Of a DNA stretch of 64,000 nt, positions 50,471-64,000 are shown in pieces (position 1 is the first letter of the stretch; each line of letters starts with the position of its first letter). Location: contig OZ234494.1 in the NCBI GenBank assembly GCA_965153455.1, positions 7,006,001 to 7,070,000 on the forward strand. The letters are read 5' to 3'. Under the pieces are notes generated by a model. That model was not told where the DNA came from. It did no database searches and saw only the letters and a program-made list of their open reading frames with translations. Origin of the DNA: Sphagnum compactum. Its lineage: Eukaryota. Both the position numbers and the translations under genes were made by a program.

Positions 50471-53400
50471 AACTCTCAGAACTCAAACTTTTACTTTTCC
50501 ATGATGGGTAGTTAGACAAATAATTGAAATGATTAATATCACAAAATTAAAGAAAAAACATTTATACTTAATCATGTTTTTTCTGGGTAAATTTTCATAT
50601 TGTCTAGACCAAACAAAAAACCAATGTGCACATTGCATTCCAAAGAGGTTTTTTGGGGGGAAAAATACAAAAACATTGCCATATTTGGAGGAAACAAAAT
50701 TAAAAGTTACTAGAGTTGAACATGGGTTCCTATTGGTTGCCAAGACTCGGCATGAAATTTCCAAAAAACTTATTACCCACCTAGGACAATTGCCATGTAA
50801 TGTTAACTAATCTTGGGATCTTAACTTACTTGAAGAGTTTGTGAAAAACCAACCTTACCTAACCTAAATTGAATGAAAATAAAAACATTTGGGTTTGAAT
50901 GATGGGGTTGCCATCAACTATTGTAAAGCAATCACATTGCAAGATCACAAAAAGAGGAGTTATTGCATTGTTGAGGTGGTCCCAAGAGGTCTTCACTGGA
51001 TCATTTTTTTGAAAGTAACAAACATGACCATTGTCATCAAAAGCTTTTGCACTATCAAGCTCGTTTAAAGGTTAAATCTCCTCATGATTTTTTTTGGAGT
51101 AAGATAAACACCATCGCTAATAACAACTACTATTGCTTCATTGTCAATGTTGTTTACGAGGGTCTCCCTATGTTTTTTTCAGAACACTACAAGAACCATC
51201 GCCAATAATTTCACCAAAGGAAGGAATCAAATGCATTTATCAAAAAGATTGTGTGTGTGAAACTTGGGTTGAATTAGCATATTCACATCATTGCTAAACG
51301 CCCCAAACAATATAAAAAAAGTATTGCAAAAAATTTCTTGATGGTTTTTTAATGTTGATGAACCAGGCCCATTAGGTGTTCAATATTTTTCCAACACAAC
51401 ATTTTATACTACATTAATATGTTCAAGCGTGACAATTGATGCCTTCCAAAACTTCGCGTTGCTTTTGCCATTACCTTCAAAAATTGAACTTGCAAAGTTG
51501 GTTTCTTCAAATTTTACATCTAGGGGCGCACCTGCATCACCAAAAATTGATCATTCAAGATGTAATTGTTGTTATTTCTCCAACCAAATTATTTAACCAC
51601 CATTCCTCCTTAAGGATGATATTGAGTTGGTTGGAAATGCTAATTGCTTCCCTTTCTATGCAATTAAAAAACCAAGAAATGTATGTCCTAAACAATAATT
51701 TAAAATTTTTTAGACCTAAGTTTTTCAAGGCCACAGAACTCCTCGTGGTTTTTTCACCTTGCAAAATTGTTCCTCATCAACTAGGAGCAAAACTTGTTTC
51801 ACAACGACATCACCTTGATTTTGGTCTTATCTAAACCAATGCTCCAACTCTATAATGAATTTAAAGCATATGAATTTTTGAGAGCTATGAATAGCGGTAC
51901 AACTACACTCAAAGAAGCTTAAGACAATTTGTTTTCTATGTTTTTTCTATAACTACCACTAGTATTATTAGCCATGGAAACTTTAGTCACTTTAATTTGT
52001 TCTTAATGTTTGGTCACCTAACAAGCTAGGCATCAATGACAATCTATAATGACACTGCTAAAAACAAGGTTGCATAGGGATAGGAATGTTGCATAGTTTG
52101 TGTTTGGTTCTTTCTACATGTAGATTTTGGAATGCCATGGCAAGTTCTTGTATTAGGTTGTAGAAAGGTTAAAACTTCATCTATTCCTTCGCACATCTTT
52201 TGTGTGTGTGTAGTTCAGGATTCTTATCACTAAAACTAAATTGGATTCATGCAATGGGTTCCCACACATGGCAATTAAACACCATGCACTATGGTCTTTG
52301 TTGGTTTCTACATGTAAAATGCAATGGGGTCCATGTGAACCAAATTGGTTTGCATTAACATTTTTGGATTAGATTCAATTGCCTAAGTATAATGAGGAAA
52401 CCTTATATAGCGTATGGAGGTGTTCAGATTCTTATTTTATTTCTTTTTTTTTGGGCTTCTTTCTAATTTCTTTCCAACTCCTTGCCCTAATTATAACATT
52501 ATTTCATTTTTTTTCTTATTATTTCACTTTTTGTTTTTTCCTCATTGTGCTTACAGAGTGAAACTCTATCATATTTTTCTATGCATGTGATGTGTACAAG
52601 CATTAAACTCAACTTTTCATGATCATCCTTGTCTCATTTAAAGTTATTATGTTCACCATCTCCAAGTTTAGTTTCAGTATTTTCTTATTATCTTTTCTTC
52701 AGTTCTATTGTTTTTTTTTCATACTTATGTTTTTATGTGTTTTCTTCTTTTGTTTTTATTCTTCCTCTGTTTCCTTCTTCTCATGCATTTTTCTTCATTT
52801 CCAACATTACTACAAGTTCTACAAGTTTGTTATAGTTTTTTTGCTAATGTGTTATTGATCACATTCATTTGCACTATGTTTCCACCATTGTTGTGCAATT
52901 TTTCCTTTTTTCTTTTGATTATTTTTGCGACACAATTTTTGTTCAATTTTTGCACATTTTATTTTATTTATCTTCTTGAGACGTAATTTTTCTTTAGGTG
53001 TCTTCATGGGCTTTCCAAAGCTCCTTTTGTTTGCTTGGTCTTTCACTCCCTACTTCCTTTTTTCTTTTAATCTTCGTTCCTTCTAATCTTACTTGTATCC
53101 TTTTCTTTTTTTTAATGTGTACAATTTTTTTGGTATTTTCATCTTGGTTTCTTGTGCTTCTTTTCCTATTCATGTGAGGATATCTCTTTGGCTTTGCGAT
53201 ATTCTTTTCATTCCACCCTTTGCTTTAAGATTCATTTATTTTTCTTTTGTATTATTTGTTCCATCTTACAATTCCCAATGTCATGTTTATGAAACATTTT
53301 CTAAAAGAACATGTATTCGATCTTGGGCTATTTTGGAACCAATTTACACTTTGATGAGGTTGGACATGATTTGGAGCTTGTCACACTTGGAGCTTGGAGG

Positions 53401-56400
53401 AGCTTTGCTTTATATTCATTATTTAAAAATCCATGTTACATTTGTAGATTGTTAGTTTGACATTTTTTTATATTTTTTTCTTATACACTTTCTTTTGGAA
53501 ATGTTGGATGTAGTTGATTGAAAGATGATGGATTTGTTATTCATGAATTTTAATTTATAGATATTTCACAACTTTTGTTTTGGATAGAGGTTTGGAATAG
53601 GCGATGCTAACACTTGATCTAATAATATTTATTAAATTTTATTGTTACTTTCATGGTAATGTAAATTATGTGGGAACATAAGATAACATGTTAGAAACCT
53701 CTTAGGGAACCTTCAACCATAAGGGATATTGGAGGTAACATCATGGAGAACATGTGAATGTAGAACGAATGGTATATGTATTAAAATCATATAGGATTAA
53801 TTGGGAGCACTTGGAAACATAAAAATGATTATTTAAGGTGAATGAAGATATAATTACGTCACATGGTGAAAACACCAAATTTGGTTCCTTTCACTTCTAA
53901 CATTTGGAAAGTCCAACCCCCAACCAAATCTTGTTAAATGTTTTTTAATATTTAAAATTATATTTGTAATTGTGTTAAAACTTAACCATGGTATGAATTC
54001 TCAATTAAATAAATGTTACTCTTGTGAAGATTGATCTTGCAATAGATATCTAAATTCACCAAATTGCTTGTTTAAAAGGGACAAGTCACAAATTGAATTG
54101 GATAATGTTTTCTTGCAAATAGTTGCAATACATAATTTAATTGTGTTTGACAAGTCGCTAATAGCCATTTTTCTTCTAGTGAAATGTTATGCATGTGGTC
54201 CCTAGATAAAATTGTTCATTGGCATTGCCATGGGCCCATCATGTTTGTATTGTGCCTATGTTATGTACACTGGTGTGGGCATTGTAAATTACATGTTCAA
54301 ACACCACATGCATTCGGTGGCTTCCATTATTGAGGTTGGTGAAAAAGTTAAATAAGGTGTGTTAATTCATGCATACCTAGAAAGTGATTTCATTTGACCT
54401 TACCATATGGTTTTAATCTCACCCAACATTGAAGTTTTTAGTATCTTGCACTAGTGAAAACCATAGGTATTGCAACTATTGTTCATAAAATTATCGATGA
54501 TATATAAAGTTTTTTTCATTGTTTAGATTCAAACAAGATGTCAATGTTGATTTTGGACATGTTTAGATCACCAAATTTTGCTTCATTTAATCACACAATA
54601 TATTTTTTATGTATGTTTCAATTTTATTCAAAATATGACCATAAAATGGAAGGACAAATATATAATTCAATGTTGGATATAGTCAAAATCATCAAACTTA
54701 TGGATGGTTGTAGAGCCAATATTTTTTTATTTAAGTAGGATTAATTACTTATAAGCCTAAATGATAGTTTAAAATTAACGAATTTCACACATTTTTGTAA
54801 TTTTTTCATTTAAAACTTTCTTTAAAAAATATGGCTACATATTAACAAATGCATAAAACCCAACTTCCATGTTTATAACCTAAACCTTGCATATAATAGC
54901 TTATTACAATATGCTTGAAATTCATTTCCAAACATGTTTTTTGAACCATAAATGTTTTCCAAAAGAAGACATTTCAGAATTCAAAGTTCAAAGCAATAAC
55001 TCTTCAACTACATTTCATCCATGAATAAATTTCATTTGTTGCACGTAATGAAATTGGTGCTTATTTCTAAGTAATGGACAAAGCTTGAATATGAATACAT
55101 TGAAATTGGTTTATTTTTTGGAACTCAAATGAATTTAAACTTTTGTTCATTAGCTAGTCAATTTTTGTCCATTAAAGTGTCCAAGACACAACTTAATGTT
55201 TAACAACGTTTGTTGATGACATGGACAATATGGAAATGAATTATTGTAGGATGAAATATCATTTGAAAGGCTTCCTTTGGTTGTCATAAATTTCAATTAC
55301 AAGCTAACATTTTCCCATTTGGCTACCCATTATGAATCATGGTTTTTTTTTGCCTTGACTTATTATATTAAATGTCAAGTTGATTGCCATTGAAACATGT
55401 ATTATTTTCGCATTAACATTCACATATGTTCCTCCAAATGATAAATCATGTCTTGTCCATCTACTTATAAAAATATTTGGTGCTAGAAGTTTAATTAGGA
55501 TATCATTAAGTTCATTTATGTATTTAACATTCATTAATCATTAAACGAGAAAATATTAACAACTTGTAACATTGATGTTAAAGGTCATAAATTATGTTTC
55601 ATGCACGGGTTCATGCATAGAAAAACATATTTTTACGTTTGATAAATTAATCAATAATTATTGATTTTGTGTCATGAATGGTTTTTTTTGGGGTATTGAT
55701 TAATGGGAATATCACCACTTCTTCAAATTGGAAAATAATGAACAAACACATGAGATGGGACATAAATAACTTCATGATTCAATTAATTTTTTAATTTTAA
55801 TTTTCTAGTCAAAAGATTGGATTGTTTTATCTTTACATTGCATACCACAAGCCTACTACTTCCTTTCGAAAGGGTCATGTTTTGTCCTTAAAAACAAATG
55901 CAATGCAATTGCGTTGCAACTTTCCCCAATGGTTTGAACCTAGGTCCCCATATGATTTTTTGGTCATTAATTGACCCATTCATTGAAACTATAACCACAT
56001 GGGTTGTAATTTATGTAAGATCTAACATCACACAATGGTGAATTGAACAACCATTTGCAAGCTGGATATGAGCCGCAACCACTTAACATTTTGGTTTGAT
56101 CTTAATTGTAAGAACATTTGTATTTAAAAATGGATAAGCATGACATGATTTAGTAAAGATAATTTCATGGAAAAGACCCCAAAAAAATCATTGAACAAAA
56201 AGAATTAAATGTTTTGTCAATACATTTTATTTTATTTTCATGTAACTCCTTTATTTAACAAAACATAAAAGCATAAAAAACTCAAAGATTCAAACAATAT
56301 TTTACCCACAATTACAATTTGGATGTTCATATAATGTAGGTTTTTGTCAAACTTTTATTTTGTCCATAATCATTAGCAACATGTTGACTAATGTCATATG

Positions 56401-56861
56401 ATTGCATTTGATCATTTTAACATTGCATTAAAGTTATTTACTGATTATATTTGGTTTCGTGTGTTTGAACATGATTGAGTTTATAACGAAAATTGTATAT
56501 ATATGTGTGTGTGTGTGTGTGTTATAATGTCATCACAACAAAATATAAAACAATCTTCCATACCAAATTAGATATCATTTGTAGTTGATAAAAGATCGTC
56601 ACAACTTTTGATATATTATGATATCCATGCATGATATATAGTGAAGAATCAATCAAATTGTGTTTTTTACTATTTTATTCCAATAAATAATGGTCAAGTA
56701 ATAGTAAAATAGTTGAAATAAGGAGGTGGTCTCAATATAAGGTTGATATGGTTGATAGAAAGTAATTCCATAATAACTTCGACATATGGAGGTTGACATT
56801 TGGTGTTAACCAAAGCTAGGCGACACAAATATTATCGTTGACCATCAATGCATTTGACCCC

Positions 56862-58016
56862 TCAACCTCCACAATTGTTGGGATCGGTTGAAAGGTTTAC
56901 ACAACGTTTGTTACAACAATATTGTTGCGATGGGCATTTAATGCCACAACCCCCACAATTGTTTGAGTCAAAAAGAAAATCTTCAATCAACCAACAAATA
57001 TTATGACAACAAGTGAATTGCCCTAGTAGAAGTAGATTTGAACAATTTTCAAGACTTTCACAAATTTGTGAAGGGGGAGGAGGTGGTGGTGGTGATGGTG
57101 ATGGGGGAGGGGGAGAAAGCAAAGGAGGTGGTGATGGTGGAGGTGGTGGTGATGGGGGAGGGGGCGAAGGAGGAGGTGGTGATGGTGGCGGAGGGGGAGG
57201 TGGTGGTGGTGATGGCGGAGGGGGTGAAGGAGGTGGCGGTGGTGGAGATGGAGGCGGCGGTGACGGTGATGGGGGAGGTGGTGAGGGAGGGGGAGGTGGT
57301 GAGGGAGGAGGAGGTGGTGGTGATGGGGGAGGGGGCGAAGGAGGAGGTGGTGATGGTGGCGGAGGGGGAGGTGGTGGTGGTGATGGCGGAGGGGGTGAAG
57401 GAGGTGGCGGTGGTGGAGATGGAGGCGGCGGTGACGGTGATGGGGGAGGTGGTGAGGGAGGGGGAGGTGGAGATGAAGGAGGAGGAGGTGATGGTGGAGG
57501 TGGAGATGAAGGAGGAGGAGGTGATGGTGGAGGTGGAGATGAAGGAGGAGGAAGTGATGGTGGAGGTGGAGACGGAGGTGGAGGTGGTGATGGGGGAGGG
57601 GGTGAGGGAGGTGGTGGTGGTGATGGTGGAGGTGGTGATGGTGGTGGAGGTGGAGATGAAGAAATTGAAGGTGGCGCTACAAGTCGACAAACACCATCCA
57701 AACAAAAAGAATTGTCATTACATGGATCTGCACAATGTCCACAATTGTTGGGGTCATTTGAAAGATTTGTACAAGTTTCATTGCAACATGTTGGTTTTGA
57801 ATTGGGGCAAAATATTTTGCCACATGGAATTTGAAGTAAGGTTCTCGATATTTTGATTGAATCGCTTAACAAATAACGACTTCCAATAATTTTTTTAACA
57901 TTCATTGGATTTGTTTCCATAGCTTCAACAAAAGTGACCGTCAATTGCATGGAAATAAATGCCCAAAAAATGGAAAAAAATGAAATCAGCACAAAATTGA
58001 TTCTGAAGTTTGCCAT
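56862..58016 (-). CDS. Secreted STIG1-type cysteine-rich protein with a central Ser-Pro(3-8) extensin-like domain (384 aa, intronless)
   Basis: Hydrophobic signal peptide (MANFRINFVLISFFSIFWAFISMQLTVTFVEA); CC...C.NL.NDPNNCG.C...C.....C..G.C repeat; ~200 aa of SPPPP repeats; two further Cys repeats (CCHNIC...DSNNCGGCGIKC, CCNKRCVNLSTDPNNCGG*). Confidence 0.88.
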   Translation of the reverse strand: MANFRINFVLISFFSIFWAFISMQLTVTFVEAMETNPMNVKKIIGSRYLLSDSIKISRTLLQIPCGKIFCPNSKPTCCNETCTNLSNDPNNCGHCADPCNDNSFCLDGVCRLVAPPSISSSPPPPPSPPPPSPPPPPSPPPPSPPPPPSPPPPSLPPPSSPPPPSPPPPSSPPPPSPPPPSSPPPPPSPPPPSPSPPPPSPPPPPPSPPPPSPPPPPPPPPSPPPPSPPPPSPPPPPPSPPPPPSPPPPSPSPPPPSPPPPPPSPPPPSPPPPPPPPPSPPPPSPPPPSPPPPPSPPPLLSPPPPSPSPPPPPPPSQICESLENCSNLLLLGQFTCCHNICWLIEDFLFDSNNCGGCGIKCPSQQYCCNKRCVNLSTDPNNCGG

Positions 58017-58382
58017 TTGGAGAGTTTTCGAAAACTTGTACTATTTGATCCAAGAAAACAAAACATGTGTTTTGTAATTTATCAACTATGATTGACAAGA
58101 AGTGGAAGAACAAAAACAATAAAAGTTATACCTATCAAGCAATCAAATACTTGGGACCTTTGTACAAGATGTGCCACAAGTTTCCACATGACATTATAAA
58201 GGTTGTTGACCCATTGTTGTACATTTCAATGAACTTGCATGTCATATTTATACATAAGCCTAAGAAACATACGAATCAAATTGGTGTTTGATGGTACAAT
58301 ATTGAAGTGGGACCAAGTGATGTGAGGCAACGTGCATTGTTCATCATGATTGCCTAGTCCACTTACCATGTATATTTTTGTC

Positions 58383-58517
58383 ACGTCCTCAATACATGCC
58401 ATGATTTTGCATATTTAAATCGAAAGTTTCTAGTCATTCTTTGCATCTATAAGAGATGCAAAGAATGACTAGAAACTTTCGATTTAAATATGCAAAATCA
58501 TGGCATGTATTGAGGAC

Positions 58518-58519
<2 letters not shown>
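58383..58519. repeat. Perfect 66-bp inverted repeat with a 5-nt spacer
   Basis: 58383-58448 (acgtcctcaatacatgcc...ttctttgcatct) is the exact reverse complement of 58454-58519; spacer ataag. Confidence 0.95.

Positions 58520-58555
<36 letters not shown>
58519..58555. repeat. (TA)n microsatellite
   Basis: About 18 TA units directly abutting the inverted repeat. Confidence 0.95.
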
Positions 58556-58558
<3 letters not shown>

Positions 58559-61500
58559 TGTTATTGATTTTAACATTATTCATTACATCAATATTTTTTT
58601 AATTTTTGTGATGTCATGAAATTTTTACATCTAGAATAAATTGTTGGAAATATGTCATATTATATCATATAGTAGAATTGTAATGATACTAGTTCAATAA
58701 GACTAAATTAAAACACAATTTTGAAATTTTCTTAATAGGTACATTTTTTTCAAGTTTATGTTCAACCTCGGTTTATATCTTTCATATTTTTTGTGATATG
58801 TTTGTGTTGCCATTAGTGTAAAGCTTTAAATTAAAAAATAACCTCCCAATTATTTAAAATGGTTAAACATCCATATAAAACGTGTTTTTCTTTAGATTGT
58901 GATATATATTCCAAATTCGAGAATCAATTTAATGTTTTATATGTAATCCATAATTTACAAAATATTATCACATATTAGTTGACATTATCATTCTTTTACT
59001 TATGGTGTATCATAAGTATGAATTAACTGTTTGGTGTAATCATATTAATCCAATTATTAGTGGAAATATGATCCACCAAACAAATAATGTGACATGCCTT
59101 ATTTGAATTGTCATAAAATATTTTAAAGGTAAAAAAATAAAATGCAACATGTCATTGGTACGTTCATGAAAAATGAAATTGTTAAACTAATTTGTTTTAT
59201 TTTCTAACTAATGATTATCATTTTTTTAATGTGTAAATCCGTGTTTCCGTTGCTATCAAGATGGTGATTGTTGTTTTTGACTAGTATTTCTCATCTAATG
59301 CATAATAATTAAACACATTCTCACGATTTGTGAAAATAAATAGAAACAATTTTAAATGATGAAAAATGAATTAAAATATTTTATTGTAAAAAGGTGGAAT
59401 TAATCTTTTTGGTAATGGTTAGCAAATTTTACATGATTTTATTTTAATCACTTGTTTGTCAAATACAATTACTAGAAAAATGTATTTGTTGAAAATTAAA
59501 AGACGAGGTCTATTTTCATCATTGGACGTATTGTGTTTGGCTATTATTTTTAATCAATTAATAAACAAATGACATTTTGGTTAATTGATATAAAAATATT
59601 GATGTATTAAAAGTAAAATATGATATATTTAAAGGCAATGATGGTGAATCACTATGCAATATATTTTGACGACCTTGAATTCAAGCAAATTTGAAAACCT
59701 TTTGGGAAGTGTATTGCCATTTCTAAACATTCAAGGTTATAACACTTCAAAGTTGTATACCTGGATTCAACAATTAAGATGTGAAGAAATTTTGAGGACA
59801 TATAAAATGGATATGTAATACATAACATATATTGAGATAGTGCTATTTTAGGTTTGCTAGGTTTCATGAGACGTTAACAAATGGAAGAATAAATAAATAA
59901 TAAACACAAAAAAATAAAATCATACATGATGTCATGTTCTTTCATATGAAAATATTTCTTTGATAAAAAAAAGGAATTAGAATTTCTTTATTCAACTATA
60001 ATATTTACACAAATTCCATAATGAATGTGTGCATTAGCCAAATTTGACAAACTTTCCAATGTGATTTTTTTTGTTAGTTCTTATCAATGTAATAGATTTG
60101 TACAAAAAATGACATAACCTACAATTTTAATATGTCCCATGTGTTCAAATTTTATGACCAATGTTTTTTTTTTCCGTTTTATCTTGCAGAAATTTGGAAA
60201 TTTTTCCCTTTTTTGAAAAAAATATTGCATTGAAAAAACCAAAACTTCCAAATTTTGTTTTGTCACCTTAGTGTGAAATTTTTTTTATTGAAAATATAAT
60301 AAAATAAAATAAAAATAGTTTTGAAACATTGTCATTGCACATCTTTGGCACTGTGAAGAAATATTTGAATGAGAAGGATTTCATGAAGATGTTTTCATTA
60401 TTTTTAGACCTAAGATGTAAGAGATATTGAATTTTAAATGATATTTGCCAATGAAAATTCAATAAAATCAATTTTTTAAAAAACTAAATTTCAAACTTAG
60501 GCTAAATAAGGTGTAATACCATTCAAAATTACATCTACACATGCCACACATTAGTTTTTAGTCTTATAATGTTGTGACATCGATTTTGATTTGTGCATGG
60601 ATGAGTTTTGGTCTATCGTGGAATTGCCTTTTCAAGTTCATTTCACATTGTTGGATTGTCCTTTTAACCACCCACCTACCCACCCCAACCACATGAATAA
60701 TAACCAACTGTGATTTTTGCTATGATTTTTATTTTGAAAAATCTTATGGATGGGATAACCCATGTCCCAAAAGAATTCATAAAATGTAATGTAAACAAAT
60801 TGTTTTCATCAATATTGCAAAGGTCATATTCACTATTAACTAAGTTTAACCTATTGAAACATGCTTCAACAACATCACACAAGTCAATGGAAATTTTCAA
60901 TACAAAATACTCAATTCGTAAATCATTAGTGTGACATTCCTTGCTAAACGCAAGTTGGTAGATCTCCTTTAGCCTAAGTCTAAAATCGAATATCCTTTAA
61001 TATTATGATTTTTTCTGAAATTTTAATGACAATAATTTCTCAAAATAAAATATCTCCCACATTTTAAGTCTAAAGTTTTTCAAACAACTTTCATTAAATC
61101 CTACTCATCAAAGGTTTTCCAATATAACAATGAGCATGCCCAAATTTCAATATAATTTTAAACTTTGATTTACATAAAATTTCATTGAAATCTTGTTCAA
61201 TTTTCAATAACTTCTACACCATAAGTGCAAACATTATGAAACCAAATCCATGTGCCTTCACTCATCAAAAGTTTTTCAACAATACCAAAAGCACCACAAA
61301 AGGCATTTGAATTTGGGAAATTTCACCATGAAAAACAAAACAAATAAACAAATAGTCTTACTTAATAGTAGGATGTGATTTCATTGCCAACCTTACAATC
61401 TTATTAGCAACTCATTAAATGAATGTTTTCATTCCTACGCTTAAATATGTGGAACATAGGTAGAGTTGATGTTGAATGATCCACCTACTTAGTTGTATAA

Positions 61501-62826
61501 AAGGCTTTTGAGAGCTTTCATCACTTAATATTTAAAGCAATATCGGATATCCATATGAACCTTTCATCGTATTATTTCAATAATGGAAAGTTCATTGTTT
61601 GCCACCTTATACTACTTACCACATTGTAAAGTGATCTTTTTTTACTTTCACAATATTTCAAAAAACTTTCATTAAGTCAAAGGTTTTCCAGTAAGTGGAA
61701 AGAAAAATAAATAAATAACTAAATAAAATTTGTAGGAATAAAAGCTAAGTAAAAGAAAAAAAGTTTAAAAAAGTTGGAAGTCCAAGGTGTAACTTATTTA
61801 TTTTGGAAAGCGCAGTAAATTCAAAACTTTTTAAAGATTGAACACATGTACGTTTGTGTGCATTCGATCAATATGTACACATGGTGGCTAGAAGAATCCA
61901 AGGAAGGAAGTAGCCATGAAAAAAAGCAAACGAACTTAAACCTTGGAACCTACCCAGGCCATACATTAATTGGTTATTGAGGTCACGGGCATTTGAAAAC
62001 TAATCCTTATGCACAGCAATCAAATATTACCAAAAAACAATAATAATGGTAATTGGTAACTTGAATATTAATTTAACAAGGAACTTGATAATAAGGTTTT
62101 AAACTTTTAAAATTTGTGTTACACATGCCCTATGTGATGCAAAAACAAAAATTCACAAAAACTTGTCACCTTGGCTTACCTATTTCAAAATAGAATCAAA
62201 TCAAATCAAACAACACTAGTTGAAAATTACATCCTATGAACGAAGGGCAAAAGTGTAATGGCCTAATGTCAAAATATTACTTAATGTAAAAAACGAGATA
62301 GTACTTGTCCAAATGTGCTTTGAATGTGAATGGAATCGTTATATGATGCGAAAAATAAATTTGCACACATGTGTACTTTGCATAGAGTAAAATTTGTCGT
62401 TGAATGCAACCTTCAACTACATTTTTAAAAATGCAATGATTGTTTTATAAGTTAGCAAAAAAATCAAATTCTACTAGCATCATAAACTTCCAATATCAAG
62501 AAATTTCAAAAGAATTCATGTGAAGATTGTAAAACATAATTTTTATACAAAATCCGTAGGCTTCAAAGTGTAGAAATGGCATGATATATGTATGATGTGT
62601 CTTTTGTACATACGATGTCTTAATGTGAAGTATGTGCGATTTACATTTTAATTAAATTTGTGTAATTATTGTGATTTAATAAATTGCATGTGATTTTTCT
62701 GTATTAAACGTGAACATTCACAGATGACATTCAGAAGTAATCTTTCATTTGTTTGAAAATTTAAAATATTGAATACGTACTCCACTCTTATGGAGTAGGT
62801 GTTAGATCCCATCCTCTCTTGCTAAA

Positions 62827-63278
62827 GGTGCATTTACACTTGGTGTTAGGGATTCTAGTGTTGAGTCTCGTAACACCATGCTAGTCATTTAGGACTTACA
62901 CCTACTTACCATGAACATTTTATGTTAAGTTAACATTCACTTAACATTAAACGATCGGCTATTTTACATTGGGTGCCACCTAGGATGTTGCTTAGATTTT
63001 CATTTAACACTAGCTTAACATCAACTGTGAATGCACCATAAGAGGGATATTCATGGATATAATGTGTCCCCCAAATGCACCTAGGGAAATTTTCCAAGTG
63101 TCTTCTTATCAAATTAAGGCCCGTGTGGTGTAGCATACTGGTCACTTGTTTATCATTAAGATGTTAAACTAACATTCACTTAACATTAAACTATCGCCCA
63201 TTCAACATTGAGTGCCACTTAAGGATGCCACCTACATATTGAGTTAACATTGATTTAACATCAAGTGTGAATGCACCA
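62827..63278. mobile_element. Tourist-like MITE (62827-63037) plus a second partial right-hand copy (~63160-63278)
   Basis: Left end ggtgcatttacacttggtgtta, right end taacatcaactgtgaatgcacc. The block taacattcacttaacattaaac...aatgcaccataag is repeated. Confidence 0.7.
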
Positions 63279-64000
63279 TAAGTTGTCCTTTTATCCACAA
63301 TTGTGTTACAATCTATCTTTAACGGATTTTGTATGATTGTACCTTCAACTAACAACTAATGTTATTTGTTGAGAATTGCTAGGTGTTAAATTAAATCTCG
63401 TGAGAGCAAGTGGGACCCAAAAAGAAAATTGACCTAACCTTGTTGAAACTTTTAACATTGCCAAATTTTGCAAGAAATGAAAACCTATTCTTATTGATTA
63501 ATTTAATAATTTAAACCATCTTCACTATTGCATTATATTTGGGTGATATCAATATTTATTACATCCAAATAAAATGTTGAAAATTTGCCTTTTCTCACCC
63601 ATAAATAAGAGATATTGAACATTATATATTGAAGAAGGATTTACATGTTCACAAGTGGACCAATCATTGTGATTAGCCAATTAGTAATATTCAATGTGTG
63701 ACCAATAAATGCAATAAATCAAGTAACTAGTCCTCCCCCCCCCCCCCCCCCCCAATATTTGCATTCACCCATTGCAAATTTGATCAAAATGCTATTGCAA
63801 ATTGATATTTACAATAACTTGGTGTAGCGGTAATCCAAAATTTGGCATATAAGTCTTATTAGTGGAAATGTTTTTAGCCCACTCCATTTGGATACCACAA
63901 TATATGCAACATATCTGAAAGACCTTGTATACTTTATAAATGACTAGATCAAAATGCTAAAATATGCAAATTGGGGTTGTTGGACAAATTTTTTAATATA

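Noticed and set aside
50900-51900. Possible Ulp1-like/MULE coding remnant (PPQQCNNSSFC on the minus strand); similar decayed coding-like DNA at ~2400-3300, ~11700-12500 and ~48900-49650
   Set aside because: Too degenerate to assign by eye. Needs tBLASTx against TE protein libraries.
52379-53455. Phe/Leu-rich hydrophobic ORFs resembling membrane proteins
   Set aside because: Product of T-rich low-complexity DNA; open in several frames with no motifs.
57013-57856. Long Gly-rich, Glu/Val-rich and Thr/Ser-rich ORFs in alternative frames
   Set aside because: Shadow ORFs of the Ser-Pro codon repeat. Only the 56862-58016 frame has an ATG, a signal peptide and Cys domains.
63735-63753. C19 homopolymer (possible G-quadruplex on the opposite strand)
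   Set aside because: Isolated homopolymer in repeat-rich DNA; length unreliable and no functional context.

Overview
Eukaryotic land-plant nuclear DNA. AT-rich intergenic DNA, intron-rich genes and the repeat types point to a bryophyte, probably Sphagnum (inference, not verified). I hand-spliced six protein-coding genes. (1) The 5' part of ALG2 mannosyltransferase (-, runs off the left edge). (2) An 81-aa small conserved plant protein with the motif 'LYKDVRSCGYEDVHVMWSML' (+). (3) A MINIYO/RPAP1 homolog (-) that appears to lack its N-terminal part. (4) A ~1015-aa, 14-exon protein joining a split FIST-N-like sensor domain to a C-terminal Lon N-terminal (substrate-binding) domain (-). (5) An Elongin A-like protein (-). 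(6) A secreted STIG1-type Cys-rich/SPn-extensin chimera with a truncated last repeat (-). Between them lie a LINE RT remnant, a decayed PIF/Harbinger element (Myb/trihelix ORF plus DDE transposase), an LTR-like high-copy repeat, several MITEs, minisatellites, an orphan transit-peptide-like first exon and several hairpins. The most interesting candidate for an undescribed system is the FIST-N + Lon-N fusion protein. No rRNA, tRNA or CRISPR array was found. All domain calls come from motif recognition by eye; no database search was run.
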